From Balanoglossus misakiensis (taxonomy: Eukaryota; Animalia; Hemichordata): DNA of 64,000 nt. Of the stretch, positions 40,335 through 51,894 are shown in pieces (within the stretch, counting starts at the first letter, position 1; every line of letters starts with the position of its first letter). Below the pieces are notes generated by a model. The model made no database searches, was not told the DNA's origin, and worked only from the letters and a program-made list of their open reading frames with translations. Where the stretch lies: contig CM082583.2 of assembly GCA_040954595.2 (NCBI GenBank), positions 1,498,925 through 1,562,924 of the forward strand, written 5' to 3'. The translations under genes and the position numbers were made by a program.

Positions 40335-41253
40335 CTGTTTCTGCTCTAGAGTGCCGGGGCTTCAGCTGAGCCATGCCGTAGGAAACCCGACGTGATTACC
40401 GTTGTTAACTTACGCCAGTCTGTGTCCTATATATAGTGCCGGGGCATCAGCCATGCCAGGTCGAAGGAAATGTGAGTAGATCAACGTGGTCTTTGTACGC
40501 GTGTTTCCGCTCTAGAGTGCCAGGGCTTTAGCCAAGCCATGCCGTAGGAAATCTGACTTGATCAACGTTGCTAACGAACGCTAGTGTCTGTCATAGTGTG
40601 CAGGGGTTTTAGTCGAGCCAAGCCGTAGGAGATCAGACTTGATCAACGTGGTCTCTGTACGCGTGTTTCTGCTCTAGAGTGTCGGGGCTTTATCCAAGCC
40701 ATGCCGTAGAAAATCTGACTTGATCACCGTTGCTAACGTACGCTAGTGTCTGTCATATTGTGACGGACATTAGAGAGATTAAGATAGCATACGTAGCGAG
40801 AACGTAACGTAGAACACCGATCGCGTTCCGTTTACGTTACGTGTTGTGAAAAAAGTGATTAAGACGGCAACGTGACCTTTGACACGTCATGACGCGAATC
40901 TTCGTAAAAATGTATCTAATTGGCGGTGACTTTTTTTATTATCCAATCATCGCTATCGTTACTGCATCGTTTTGTTGCGTCAAAGTTTGTAAACCGCAAT
41001 GTATAATTGTAGTTTCTATGCTAACGTACGCTAGTGTCTGTCATATTGTGACGGAGATTTAGCCGAGCCAGGCCGTAGAAAAATCGACTTGTTCATCATT
41101 ACCAGTGTGCAACTGTTTCTGCTCTAGAGTGTCAGGGTTTTAGCCGACTTATGCTGTAGGAAATCTGAGTTGATGAACGGGAATTTAATGTTAGAAAACC
41201 CGTGTGGAAAGTATCTCTACCCGTTTGAAACTAAGAAAAGAAGTTATTCTTAT
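40335..41253 (+). repeat. Left part of the ~1.9-kb tandem repeat, cut off from the rest by the gypsy insertion
   Basis: Same ~81-bp subrepeats and the same ggaaagtatctctacccgtttgaaactaag boundary as units at 53400-61495. Confidence 0.9.
40772..40994 (+). mobile_element. 223-bp truncated copy of the PHIS element 5' terminus
   Basis: Appears identical to 61496-61718. Confidence 0.9.
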
Positions 41254-42006
41254 TGTAATCGTGCGGTTGTCGGGACAAATATGGGTCCGGTTATTTTCCC
41301 CAACACGATCATAGAGGACTTTCACTGACAAAATGGCGACGATACCGTTCTCGGTCAACAGGTTCCGACTGCAAATCAACGGGTATCACCTGTAATACTT
41401 CTTGTAGTTTCTATGCCCAAAACACAGGGAAGAGGACGTCTGGGTAGGTGGACCTTCCTTTGATGGGAACTCTTTGAGAGGACTTCCACTAAACAGGAGG
41501 AATAACTCACACAACACGGAGTCGTAGTACGTACGTCTTTTTTTTATATGCCCGATCGCCCCGAAGAGAGAGCAAACTAATGTACAGAGCTTCCCGCCTA
41601 AAATTGCAACATTACCATAGGTCCTACGTGACGTAACTAGGCAACGAACAGAATAGGTACAATGAAACTACATACAACTAGAAGTACATGGCAACCCCAT
41701 TTGTAAAAGTACTAGGAATACAGCCTGTTTTACTGTCTACAGATGACGTTCAATGTCTCTGTCACATACCCCCCCCCCCCTGGCCAAGGCCTCCAACTCT
41801 CCCGAGGGAGAGCCTGACAGCCTCAGTAAACGTCCAAAAGTCAAAAGCTTGAACAATCAAACACCCAGAACATAGAAAACAATTCAATGACTGGTTCATA
41901 GGAAATCCATCTTGAATAACTGCAGAATGCAATTCAAAGCATGCAAAAACATGAACGTCCGCTTTGAACACCTATCCATATTTCCTGTTCTTAAATGTCC
42001 TCACTT

Positions 42007-45000
42007 TTACGGTCCACTCAGCACGCTGGTCCATCCGTATCGCTGTGTTGGACGACGCTCCCTCCTTGGGTACTTCTTCAACCCACCATTGGCTTCCGGT
42101 TTGGTTGGCTCTTCAGGCATAGGTCCTGTTGACACATCTTCTTGCTCACATTCCAGCTCCTCCACCCAAGTGGTCTGCAACTGCTCTCTTGCTTCATCTA
42201 CTTCCTCCATGCCACATATATTTTCATCCACTGACCATACATCCGAGGGATCCACCTTCAAACCCGAAGGTCCTACTTCAGCAAATGGGTCGACATGGTC
42301 ATTTGTCGCAGTAGATACCTCCTGCTTTCTTGGTAGCATTTTATCTTCCCCTAACACTGGTTGTATGACATCATCTGGTCTATTCAGGAATGTCTCCTCC
42401 TTGTTAGCAAACTTCACTTTTGGTAGCCATCCGTGAATTTGTGGGCCAGTGTAGGCCTTCAACTTTTCGAAGTGGACTACCTTGAATTTCGACTTCGGTG
42501 TTTGCTGGATACGGTACACTAGGTCAGACAATTTCGACACCACCATATATGGACCCTCGTATGCTGCTTGTAGTTTTGGACTTGCTCCTTTTCTTCGTCT
42601 TTCCTCCCGCAACCACACAAAATCACCCGGCCGATAACTTTTCTTTACAGCATTCCGGTCATAGTAGCGCTTCTGTCTCCTTGCACTCCACTTCAGTTTA
42701 TCTCTGGCATGGGAATGAGCCTCCTGCATCCTTTGTCGTAGTTTAAGGGCATAGTCGGTTTTCATCTCCTCGCTTTCCTCTGGAATTGTAATGTCGAACA
42801 TCAGGTCCACCGGCAAGGTGATCTCTCGGCCAAGCATCAAGAAGTTTGGGGTCTCTCCAGTCGAAGCATGGACTGATGTGCGATATGCCATGGTTGCCAT
42901 GGACAATTGTTCATCCCAGTCCTTCTGATGTTCAATTGGATCCATCAACATCTTGATGGTAGTGACCAAATTCTTATTGTAACGTTCTATCATTCCGTTG
43001 CTCTGAGGATGCCTTGGAGTGGTAAAGGTTTTGTCAATCTCCATTAATTGACATACCTCTGCAAACACTGTTGACACGAAATTACGTCCTCGGTCACTAT
43101 GAACCTCATATGGCAACCCGAACCTACAAAAATATTCGTCCACCAGAACTTTGGCAATAGTGGTGGCTTCCTCATTCGGAATGGCAAATGCTTCAATCCA
43201 CTTCGTAAAATAATCCCCAACAACAAGGATCTTACGGTTGCCATTATGCGTCTCTGTGAATGGTCCAACTACGTCCAACGCAATACGTTCCATTGGGCCA
43301 CCGACAACATAGATCTTCATGGGTGCCTTCGCCTTCCTACCAGGCAATTTATTTCGTGCACAAGTATTGCATGTTCTCAGCCATGCTCTCACATCCATGG
43401 TCATACCCCACCAATAATAGCGCAGTCGGAGTTTACTGACTGTTTTATCAAGTCCAAGGTGGCCACCAGTTCTAGTCGCATGGAGACTTTTGATGACAGC
43501 ATCACGATAGACTCTGGGCAGTATCAATTGCCAACGTTTGTAAGTACCATCAGTCGACTCCCAAAGACGATATAACAAACCTTGGTGGACCACCATTTGA
43601 TCATACATGGACCAATAACTTTTTGTTGCAGGTGAGTGGTGTGAAATGTTGTCCCAATCAGGACGAACATCAGATCGTTCCTTGGCTTGCAGTATGACAG
43701 ATACATCAGGATCAGCCTGTTGCGACTTCCGTATTTCATCCGCCGTCCAAACTGGATAAAAGGACAAACCTTCTACACTATTTATGTTTCGCTCCTCATC
43801 GTGACCGGTGTCAACACATTCTCTAACTACATCGTATGGAGTTGAATTAGGGTCGGTTTGAACTGATCTGTCTTCAGTTTTTGTAACTGATAGGTTAGGG
43901 ACAACAACTTGAGAGGTAAATACCTCAGCATTGGCGTTCAGAGATGAACCTGTCATGGTCACTGGTATTTTGGCCACCGCACACTGACCTACATGGTCAC
44001 AACCGTGCCTCAGACCACATTGTTTACAGTCATTGGCCGGACACCTAGAAAGGGCATCTGCATTTAAATGTTTGGTGCCCATTCGGTGCACCACATTATA
44101 ATCAAACTGGCCTAAGGTTTCCAGCCATCGGGCAATTTGTCCCTCAGGGGTCTTGAAATTTAGAAGCCAAGTTAAGGCTGCATGGTCTGTTCTCAAAGTA
44201 AAACGCCGCCCAAGCAAGTAATGCCTGAAATACTTAACATAATAGACAACAGCAAGTAGTTCCCTTCGAGTTACACAATAGGCTCTCTCGGCCTTCGTCA
44301 GCACACGTCCGGCATAACTGACTGGTTTCTCCTCCCCTTCCTGAACCTGACTGAGAACAGCACCAATGCCCTGACCACTGGCATCAGTGTCTAATATAAA
44401 TTCTCCATGTTCAGATGGGAACGCTAACACAGGTGCACTCATCAACTTCTCTTTCAATTTGCAGAATGCTTCTTGACAGGCCACTGACCAGATGAACATA
44501 GCATTCTTTTTTGTGAGATCATGAAGAGGTTTTGCAATGTCTGCGTACCCCTCAATAAAACGTCTATAGTAGGAGGTTAGTCCAACAAAGCTGCGTACTT
44601 CTGTGACACTTTCTGGCACAGGCCAATTCTTAATTATCTTAATCTTCTCCGGGTCTGTAGCAACCCCTTTTCTCGACACCCTATGTCCAAGAAATTCCAC
44701 ATCCAACGCAAACAGAACACATTTACTGGGTTTCAGTTTGAGATCAGCTTCTCTCAGGCGATCAAAAACTTGACAAAGCCGCTGCAATTCCTCATCAAAG
44801 GACCGCCCGAAAACAATTATATCATCCAAGTATAAAAGTAAAATCTCCCATTGCATTCCCGAAAAGATTTTCTCCATCAATCTCTCAAATATACTTGGAC
44901 CATTGCACAGACCAAATGGAAGCAAATTCCAGTGGAACAGACCATTTCTTGTTACAAAAGCTGTTTTCTCTTTGGAATTCTCATCAACTTCCACTTGCCA

Positions 45001-46188
45001 ATAGCCACTTTGTAAGTCAAGAGTAGAAAACCATATAGCCCCATGAAGTGCATCCAGAGAATCATTGATTCTGGGAATGGGGTAAGCATCTTTCACAGAG
45101 ACTGAGTTTAATTTACGGTAGTCGACACAAAGTCGCTGTGATCCGTCCTTTTTGCTCACTAATACACATGGAGCGGCCCAAGGACTGATTGACTCTTGTA
45201 TTAATTCACGCTCTAAAAGATCTTTGACCTGCCTATCAATCTCCTTCTGCTTCCAGATAGGAGCACGGTAAGGAGCCTGTCTAATTGGTGGGGCATTACC
45301 TGTATTTATTTCATGTTTAATTATCTTAGTGCGACCAATGTCATAGTCTCCGCTGCTAAATACGTCCGCATAGTTCTTTAACAGTTTGGCAACTTTTGTT
45401 CGCTGTCCACTATTCAAATGTTTACAGCTTTTTCCATATAGCCCTTTGAGATGTTGTGGGACTTGAACAATATCAGTTCCCATCTCTTTTAAATTCTCAT
45501 CAATCGTGGGGACATCCTCAAACATAGTGCCAGATGGGGTGGAATTGATTTCACCCCCATTCGAATCTACGCGCAGCAGCCCAACAGTTTCCCCAGGTTT
45601 TACACATGTAGTTTCCTCCCCTATGTTCAACACCCTAACAGGGAGGCAAGTTTCCCTTGGGTCTACTAAGGCCTTACAGGCAACTAACCCTCTCCCGATC
45701 AACGTCTCCCCCTTCACTGGTTCAACAATTGCAATGTCAGTCAAGTCAGTTTGGGCCGTGTCAAACATCGGGATCTCAATTTGAGAGGAATGAATCACTG
45801 ATACATGTGTTCTAGTATACCCCTCGGCTGCTGATTTATATCCGGCTTCGCCTTTACATGGTTTACGTGACATACGAGTAGGAATGATCACTTCACAACC
45901 CGGTGGGATCTCGGTTCCCACCTCTACCATTAGCCTACAAATGAATGGCCTAACAATCTCCTTATGACAGACAATCCTTTCTTCCCCTATAATTAATTCG
46001 CCCCTTTGAGTGTCCACTAAACAACCCAAGGCGGAGAGAAAACTCATACCCAACAGGCCATCATTTTGTAGCCTAGCCACGAAAACTGGTGCTGTAGCTG
46101 CCTGATTCCCTAAACTTATAGTCATACTAGTGAAACCATGTACATTTAATGGTGTGCCATCAGCTTGTCGGACTTCAGCATTCAGCAT
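42007..46188 (-). CDS. pol: Gypsy Pol (protease C-terminal half, RT, RNase H, integrase)
   Basis: LCVDYRKLN, LPFGL, YLDD (RT); LDTDAS, TDHAAL (RNase H); H..GHLG...C..C zinc finger, D-D-E core, YEGPY motif. Confidence 0.96.
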   Translation of the reverse strand: MLNAEVRQADGTPLNVHGFTSMTISLGNQAATAPVFVARLQNDGLLGMSFLSALGCLVDTQRGELIIGEERIVCHKEIVRPFICRLMVEVGTEIPPGCEVIIPTRMSRKPCKGEAGYKSAAEGYTRTHVSVIHSSQIEIPMFDTAQTDLTDIAIVEPVKGETLIGRGLVACKALVDPRETCLPVRVLNIGEETTCVKPGETVGLLRVDSNGGEINSTPSGTMFEDVPTIDENLKEMGTDIVQVPQHLKGLYGKSCKHLNSGQRTKVAKLLKNYADVFSSGDYDIGRTKIIKHEINTGNAPPIRQAPYRAPIWKQKEIDRQVKDLLERELIQESISPWAAPCVLVSKKDGSQRLCVDYRKLNSVSVKDAYPIPRINDSLDALHGAIWFSTLDLQSGYWQVEVDENSKEKTAFVTRNGLFHWNLLPFGLCNGPSIFERLMEKIFSGMQWEILLLYLDDIIVFGRSFDEELQRLCQVFDRLREADLKLKPSKCVLFALDVEFLGHRVSRKGVATDPEKIKIIKNWPVPESVTEVRSFVGLTSYYRRFIEGYADIAKPLHDLTKKNAMFIWSVACQEAFCKLKEKLMSAPVLAFPSEHGEFILDTDASGQGIGAVLSQVQEGEEKPVSYAGRVLTKAERAYCVTRRELLAVVYYVKYFRHYLLGRRFTLRTDHAALTWLLNFKTPEGQIARWLETLGQFDYNVVHRMGTKHLNADALSRCPANDCKQCGLRHGCDHVGQCAVAKIPVTMTGSSLNANAEVFTSQVVVPNLSVTKTEDRSVQTDPNSTPYDVVRECVDTGHDEERNINSVEGLSFYPVWTADEIRKSQQADPDVSVILQAKERSDVRPDWDNISHHSPATKSYWSMYDQMVVHQGLLYRLWESTDGTYKRWQLILPRVYRDAVIKSLHATRTGGHLGLDKTVSKLRLRYYWWGMTMDVRAWLRTCNTCARNKLPGRKAKAPMKIYVVGGPMERIALDVVGPFTETHNGNRKILVVGDYFTKWIEAFAIPNEEATTIAKVLVDEYFCRFGLPYEVHSDRGRNFVSTVFAEVCQLMEIDKTFTTPRHPQSNGMIERYNKNLVTTIKMLMDPIEHQKDWDEQLSMATMAYRTSVHASTGETPNFLMLGREITLPVDLMFDITIPEESEEMKTDYALKLRQRMQEAHSHARDKLKWSARRQKRYYDRNAVKKSYRPGDFVWLREERRRKGASPKLQAAYEGPYMVVSKLSDLVYRIQQTPKSKFKVVHFEKLKAYTGPQIHGWLPKVKFANKEETFLNRPDDVIQPVLGEDKMLPRKQEVSTATNDHVDPFAEVGPSGLKVDPSDVWSVDENICGMEEVDEAREQLQTTWVEELECEQEDVSTGPMPEEPTKPEANGGLKKYPRRERRPTQRYGWTSVLSGP

Positions 46189-46480
46189 TGCGTAACTGTG
46201 GTTTGTGGTTGGTCACCATGCGGTCATAAAAATGTGTTGAGATAACTGAATCAGTGGCTCCTGTATCAATGAGAAAGCTTCCCCTTTCTCCCCCTATAAC
46301 GGCATTAACATACAAGGCCTGTTTGTGACCTGAGGTCAAACTGTCCTGTGGATTTTCAATCTGAGTTTTCGAAGAACGCACCCCAGGTTTTGCCCTATTG
46401 GTATTATATGACCTTACAACTGTGGGCCCCTTTTCTGAGACTGGTTGTTGGGCCACCCAACCAGTCTTTTGCCGTTTCCC
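46175..46480 (-). pseudogene. Pol N-terminus/aspartic protease, entered by -1 frameshift at GGGAAAC (46474-46480), broken from the rest of pol by a 7-bp duplication
   Basis: FLIDTGATDSVIS active site; frame is -1 relative to gag; ttcagca duplicated at 46174-46187 creates the frameshift and stop. Confidence 0.88.
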
Positions 46481-47997
46481 GAATCGATAGGCCTACTTGG
46501 CACTGGACAAACCCTGCGAAGGTGCCCCATTTGTCCACATCGCCAGCATGTAACACTACTGGGAGTTCTATCTGTTCTCTTGTCCCTTACAGTTTGGTCT
46601 CTGGTCCCAACATGTGATTTTATTTCTGTCTGTAATTCTGAGAGTTTCTCAACTACTGTATCAGTCATTTGTTTCATGGTTTTGTTGAGAAGTGACAAAG
46701 CCTCTCCAGCAGAGTTCCCAGTTGTTGACCCACTTCCACTTACTGAAGACACATTTACTTCACAAGTATGTTTGCCATGTGTCCGTTTCACAGGGTCATT
46801 AGTACTGTTAGAATCATTGACTCTTTCTGCTTGTTGAAAACTCTCTTCACAAACAGCTGCTCTAACAACCTCATCAAAACTTACACCATCACGTCGCCCT
46901 TTCTCATTAACTGCACGTCGCAAATGAGTATCGGTCAGTGAATTGAAAAAGGACTCAATGCAAAGTCGGTCATACATAGGGCCAACAGCTTGTGGGTACC
47001 CTAAACTCACTAGTTCTCTTATATCTTGGGCTAACCCCCTTAAAGACTCCTCAGGTTGTCGGGTTCGCTTGCGTAACGTCAAGCGGTACATGTCATCCCG
47101 ACCTTCGGTACCAAACCTATGTTCAAGCATATCGCAGAGTGAATTATACGTTAATCCACTACGCTTCGCAGTAGTCAACAGCTTATATGCAGGGCCCTTC
47201 AATGCAATCTGCAAATACTGAAGTTTCTCCCATTCATCCCAGTTATTTAGCTGAGCACATATTTCAAAGTGTGTTTTGTAGTCCCTCCATATGTCTGTAC
47301 CATCATAGCGATCAGGTTTTATTTGTGATTTAATCAATTTATTGGTACCCATTGAGGAAATATCATTTGAGGGTGTTCTGTTTGACGGTGTGTAACACAA
47401 GTCAAAATTACCACTTCTGATGCCTTTGGGGGATGTCAAATTCTAACCTCCCACTTGTGTACCACTGCCTGCACCGATTGTATTGGCCAGTGGTGTTTTA
47501 TTGGCAGACCCTATTGGAGAATCTCCATTATTCTGATTACCCTGGACTATCTTTGGAGTGCTTGTCACTATCCCATGTTTTATTTTACCAGGTGTTGGTA
47601 GTGTGTACATTCTACCCTCCACACTGTTTGACTTGTCAGGGGTCAAATTGTGACTGCCTGGCGAAGAACCGCTGATATTTTCTTTCAGTTGCGTAAGCAA
47701 GTCTGAACGCTGAATTTGTTTTTCAAGAGCAAGTCTTTGTACTTGTTCTTTCAGCAACAGAGATTTTAACTGTGATATTTCCTCCTGCAGCTGTTCATTC
47801 GGGGTGGGCCCCTTGCCCCCAATGGCCCCCGCGCCCACTGTACTGTTGTTCTCTTCAACAGCTTTGCCCCTACTTCCCTCTGACTCATGTCCTACACTTT
47901 CTTCACTTTTAAACGTAACAACTCCACTATCCACTGACTCATCTGCCATCGTGATCTCTGGCAGGGGTATAATGCTACCGACAAAAGAAATCCCCAA
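46414..47997 (-). pseudogene. gag: Gypsy gag with in-frame TAG at 47443-47445
   Basis: ORFs 47443-47997 and 46414-47439 are in the same frame; KPDRYDG..W..Y..HFE.CA..NNW capsid motif; CWRCGQMGHLRRVC zinc knuckle. Confidence 0.9.
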
Positions 47998-48390
47998 GAC
48001 TCAAGTAAGACACCAAAATTTCCGTGTCCTGTGTCACTCGGTCCTACTGCCCTGTATACGGGTTTTGTTTTTGTTTTTTGTTTTTTGAAATATTTAGTGT
48101 GGACACGTCGACTGTCACCCGACTCCCTTACACACAAATAATTATGAGAGTAAGTCAGTCCTGTAAGGAGTACAGTGCCCAAGAAATGCCAGTCTATACT
48201 GTCCACAAAATTTCTGCCACAAAGATTTGATTGTCAAATTAAATGTAATGTCGGACGAGCGAGTGACACACACTTGTAATGCAACCGCGACGCTTACAGG
48301 CAAGTAGTTGGTGGAGAATTGTTTCCTGTCACGATCAATGCCAAATAAAACGTCACAGCTACTGGGCCGAAACATGCAACATTAATGTTA

Positions 48391-48409
48391 AATCCCACCG
48401 CTGCCACCA
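48391..48409 (-). other. Primer-binding site complementary to tRNA-Leu 3' end
   Basis: Minus strand tggtggcagcggtgggatt, 2 nt from the LTR; complements ...AATCCCACCGCTGCCACCA of tRNA-Leu. Confidence 0.85.
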
Positions 48410-48901
48410 AATGTAATCGTGCGGTTGTCGGGACAAATATGGGTCCGGTTATTTTCCCCAACACGATCACAGAGAACTTTCACTGACAAAATGGCGACGA
48501 TACCGTTCTCGGTCAACAGGTTCCGACTGCAAATCAACGGGTATCACCTGTAATACTTCTTGTAGTTTCTATGCCCAAAACACAGGGAAGAGGACGTCTG
48601 GGTTGGTGGACCTTCCTTTGATGGGAACTCTTTGAGAGGACTTCCACTAAACAGGAGGAATAACTCACACAACACGGTGTCGTAGTACGTACGTCTTTTT
48701 TTTATATGCCCGATCGCCCCGAAGAGAGAGCAAACTAATGTACAGAGCTTCCCGCCTAAAATTGCAACATTACCATAGGTCCTACGTGACGTAACTAGGC
48801 AACGAACAGAATAGGTACAATGAAACTACATACAACTAGAAGTACATGGCAACCCCATTTGTAAAAGTACTAGGAATACAGCCTGTTTTACTGTCTACAG
48901 A

Positions 48902-51894
48902 TGTTACGATCTGTATAAAGGTCAAATACGATTTCAAGGGTTAATTAATCCAGATCTCGGAAATGTCAATGTTTGATAGTATTTGATTTTATGTAGATAG
49001 GGAGAGCGGGTGTTTACCTGACTGCTCTGATTGTCAATCATCACCGAACTGACTTTGTTATATAACACTTTATGTAAATTGGTACGTATAGAGTTGACTG
49101 ATGTCCAATGAAATTGTAACACATTGTATTTGTGATATTTTACATTATTAACCACGCCTTGAGAAAAGTAATTATAAGAGAACCTTGTTTCCAAAGTTAG
49201 AAAAAAAGAATAGTCTAACGGGAGATGGGAGTACCTCAGGCTACTGAGTTCGTTCCCTTCCTCATGTACTTTACTGGGCGTATTTGATGTACTGGAGTAG
49301 TTCTGGACAATAAATGAACGTGAATCAGATACGTGTCTCCGTGGATCACTGTTCTCGTCAGAGCCCGATACCTCATCGCTACATATTCCCCGATGCATGA
49401 ACAATCATGAGAAACCAGCCGTAATACATGGTGGAGATGTCGGGGTAGACGAAACAAATCCATCGGAGACAGAAACGGCGACGTCCAGCGGAAAGATTAC
49501 AGCATGGATCGCGAGATGCTAAACGACATGAACAGTCAAATATCGGAAATACGACAGGTTACACTCAGAGCTGGAGGTCAGGTAGGCCCAGGTTTCTTTT
49601 CGGCTACAGAGACTGAGAATGCACACCGATGGTGGAAAAAATATATAGACTTTGCTGACTTTAAGCAATGGTCAGACGAGAAACGGCTTAAAGGAATCGG
49701 ATTATATTTGACTGGTGAAGCGGAGCGATGGTTCTACAGACTGTCTGCTGAAAAGAAAAATGACTTGACGACACTGCAAAATGTCTTCCTCGCTCGTTTT
49801 GATAAGTGCGGTCCGATGTGGCTGTATGACGAGAAACTGTTTCGCCTGAAGCAACTGCCGGACCAGACTGTTGAACAATATGCGGAATTAATATGCGAAA
49901 AAGCAGAAAAAGCGAAAAAGACTGATGAGGAAATACTATCTTTCTTCATGAACGGACTGAGACCGGACATACTAAAGTTCGTAGCGGAAATGTCACCTAA
50001 GGACTTCGAAACAGCGTACAAACATGCTCGAACAGCAGAGGTCGTGGCAGGATTACCAGAGACAGACGAGCCAGAAGCGGGTCTTTTACAACAAATCTCG
50101 ACACGGATTGACGAGATGAAACAAGAAGATCAAGAAATGAAGACCAAATCAAGCGCGGCAGATCATCGAGGACGATCGACAAACAGAGAGAAGAAATCGC
50201 CGAATTACAGAGCAAGAGAACGAACAATAGACAATAAGGTAAAGAGGAACAGATATAATTTTACTGGGCACTCTACCCAACGTTTTCCTCGACATAGTCA
50301 ATTTAATTCCCGTGCATGTTTTAATTGTGGGCGTTACGATCATATAGCTAGAAATTGTTCAAAATATGCGTAACAGAAAAAAAAACGGAAAAGGGAGACA
50401 CGTGGTTGATTGAAATGAATATTTGAATATGACTGAGAGGTATGAGTGTATGCCGGCCTGTATGAGTGAGTGTACGATTGGCGTGTCCCTTGATTTGTTT
50501 AATGTTACGTAAGTTGTCGAATGACATTTTATTATCCGTTGTTTGCTGAGTTTAGTTGTAAGTGCTGTGCAACCTGGTTCCCGTGTCACTCTGTTTAAAT
50601 GTGTTTATGTATTTGAGTTGTAAAGAAATTACCAGTGAAGTTTGAAGTTGCAGAGATTTTAACACTGGAGAAAAATGTTGTGAGTTGAATTTGCCTTTCG
50701 TTTGATGACCTAAAATAGATGGTCCAATTTGTGTAAATAGCCCCTTTTAATGGCTATGTGTTTGTATAAAGAAACCAAAGAAAATCCGATTTTCGAATGA
50801 AGAAAATGCCATTTTCGAAGTTGTAAAGAGTGGATTTTTGACAAAACGCTAAGATGTTTCAGTTTTAAATTTTTAAAGGTTATTGAATTTGCCCGACATG
50901 ATGTAACTCGAGAATAAGGAATGTCGGATGATCGTTCGATGTAAAAGAATGCAAGAGTGTTTCTTTTGAGTCAATAAGACAACAGATATTCAGATTGTGT
51001 TAAATGATGGATACAACGTTTTATGGGTTTATAGAAGGAATTGTGATTTTATTGTTTATATTAGTAGGTGGATATGTGTGCGAAGGTTTTATGAGCACAT
51101 ACTATTTTAAGTTTATATGTACTTTTATTCTGTAGTAATTTTTGTATTGTAATTTTGTAATTTTTCAAGACGATCAGTTCATAGACATGACTCGATTTTT
51201 TTCAAATATTTTACTTCAATTTTGTTATATATATTGTACTCTTACATTTCAAAATCATACGGTACATCTTAATATATTCTAGGGGTGGAATTGAATGATT
51301 ACCCTTGGTGTACTGCTCTTTAAGAGATTTGTGTCCAATGCGGGACGCATTGGTTTAAAAGGAGGGGAGTGTTACGATCTGTATAAAGGTCAAATACGAT
51401 TTCAAGGGTTAATTAATCCAGATCTCGGAAATGTCAATGTTTGATAGTATTTGATTTTATGTAGATAGGGAGAGCGGGTGTTTACCTGACTGCTCTGATT
51501 GTCAATCATCACCGAACTGACTTTGTTATATAACACTTTATGTAAATTGGTACGTATAGAGTTGACTGATGTCCAATGAAATTGTAACACATTGTATTTG
51601 TGATATTTTACATTATTAACCACGCCTTGAGAAAAGTAATTATAAGAGAACCTTGTTTCCAAAGTTAGAAAAAAAGAATAGTCTAACGGGAGATGGGAGT
51701 ACCTCAGGCTACTGAGTTCGTTCCCTTCCTCATGTACTTTACTGGGCGTATTTGATGTACTGGAGTAGTTCTGGACAATAAATGAACGTGAATCAGATAC
51801 GTGTCTCCGTGGATCACTGTTCTCGTCAGAGCCCGATACCTCATCGCTACATATTCCCCGATGCATGAACAATCATGAGAAACCAGCCGTAATA
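48902..51894 (+). mobile_element. Gag-only non-autonomous LTR retrotransposon (2993 bp) nested in the gypsy 5' LTR; LTRs 48902-49426 and 51370-51894; TSD CAGA
   Basis: 525-bp LTRs with no difference seen; caga at 48898-48901 and 51895-51898 (single copy in the intact LTR at ~41740); PBS tggtggagatgtcgggg at 49429 (tRNA-Ala-like); PPT aaaaggaggggag 51357-51369. Confidence 0.95.
49504..50373 (+). CDS. gag: Intact retrotransposon Gag (capsid + CCHC knuckle), 289 aa
   Basis: W......L.GEA.RWF; LKQ..DQTVEQY (major-homology-like); FMNGLRPDI; CFNCGRYDHIARNC. Confidence 0.93.
   Translation: MDREMLNDMNSQISEIRQVTLRAGGQVGPGFFSATETENAHRWWKKYIDFADFKQWSDEKRLKGIGLYLTGEAERWFYRLSAEKKNDLTTLQNVFLARFDKCGPMWLYDEKLFRLKQLPDQTVEQYAELICEKAEKAKKTDEEILSFFMNGLRPDILKFVAEMSPKDFETAYKHARTAEVVAGLPETDEPEAGLLQQISTRIDEMKQEDQEMKTKSSAADHRGRSTNREKKSPNYRARERTIDNKVKRNRYNFTGHSTQRFPRHSQFNSRACFNCGRYDHIARNCSKYA

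Noticed and set aside
48934-49404. 156-aa minus-strand ORF present twice (also 51402-51872)
   Set aside because: Lies wholly within the LTRs, so duplication is trivial; no domain, and the frame is shorter in the diverged copy.
48391-49446. tRNA genes
   Set aside because: Only 17-19-nt complements of tRNA 3' ends (primer-binding sites); no cloverleaf.
50374-51356. env or pol remnant in the gag-only element
   Set aside because: AT-rich and stop-ridden; no RT/IN/env motifs seen in the ORF track.
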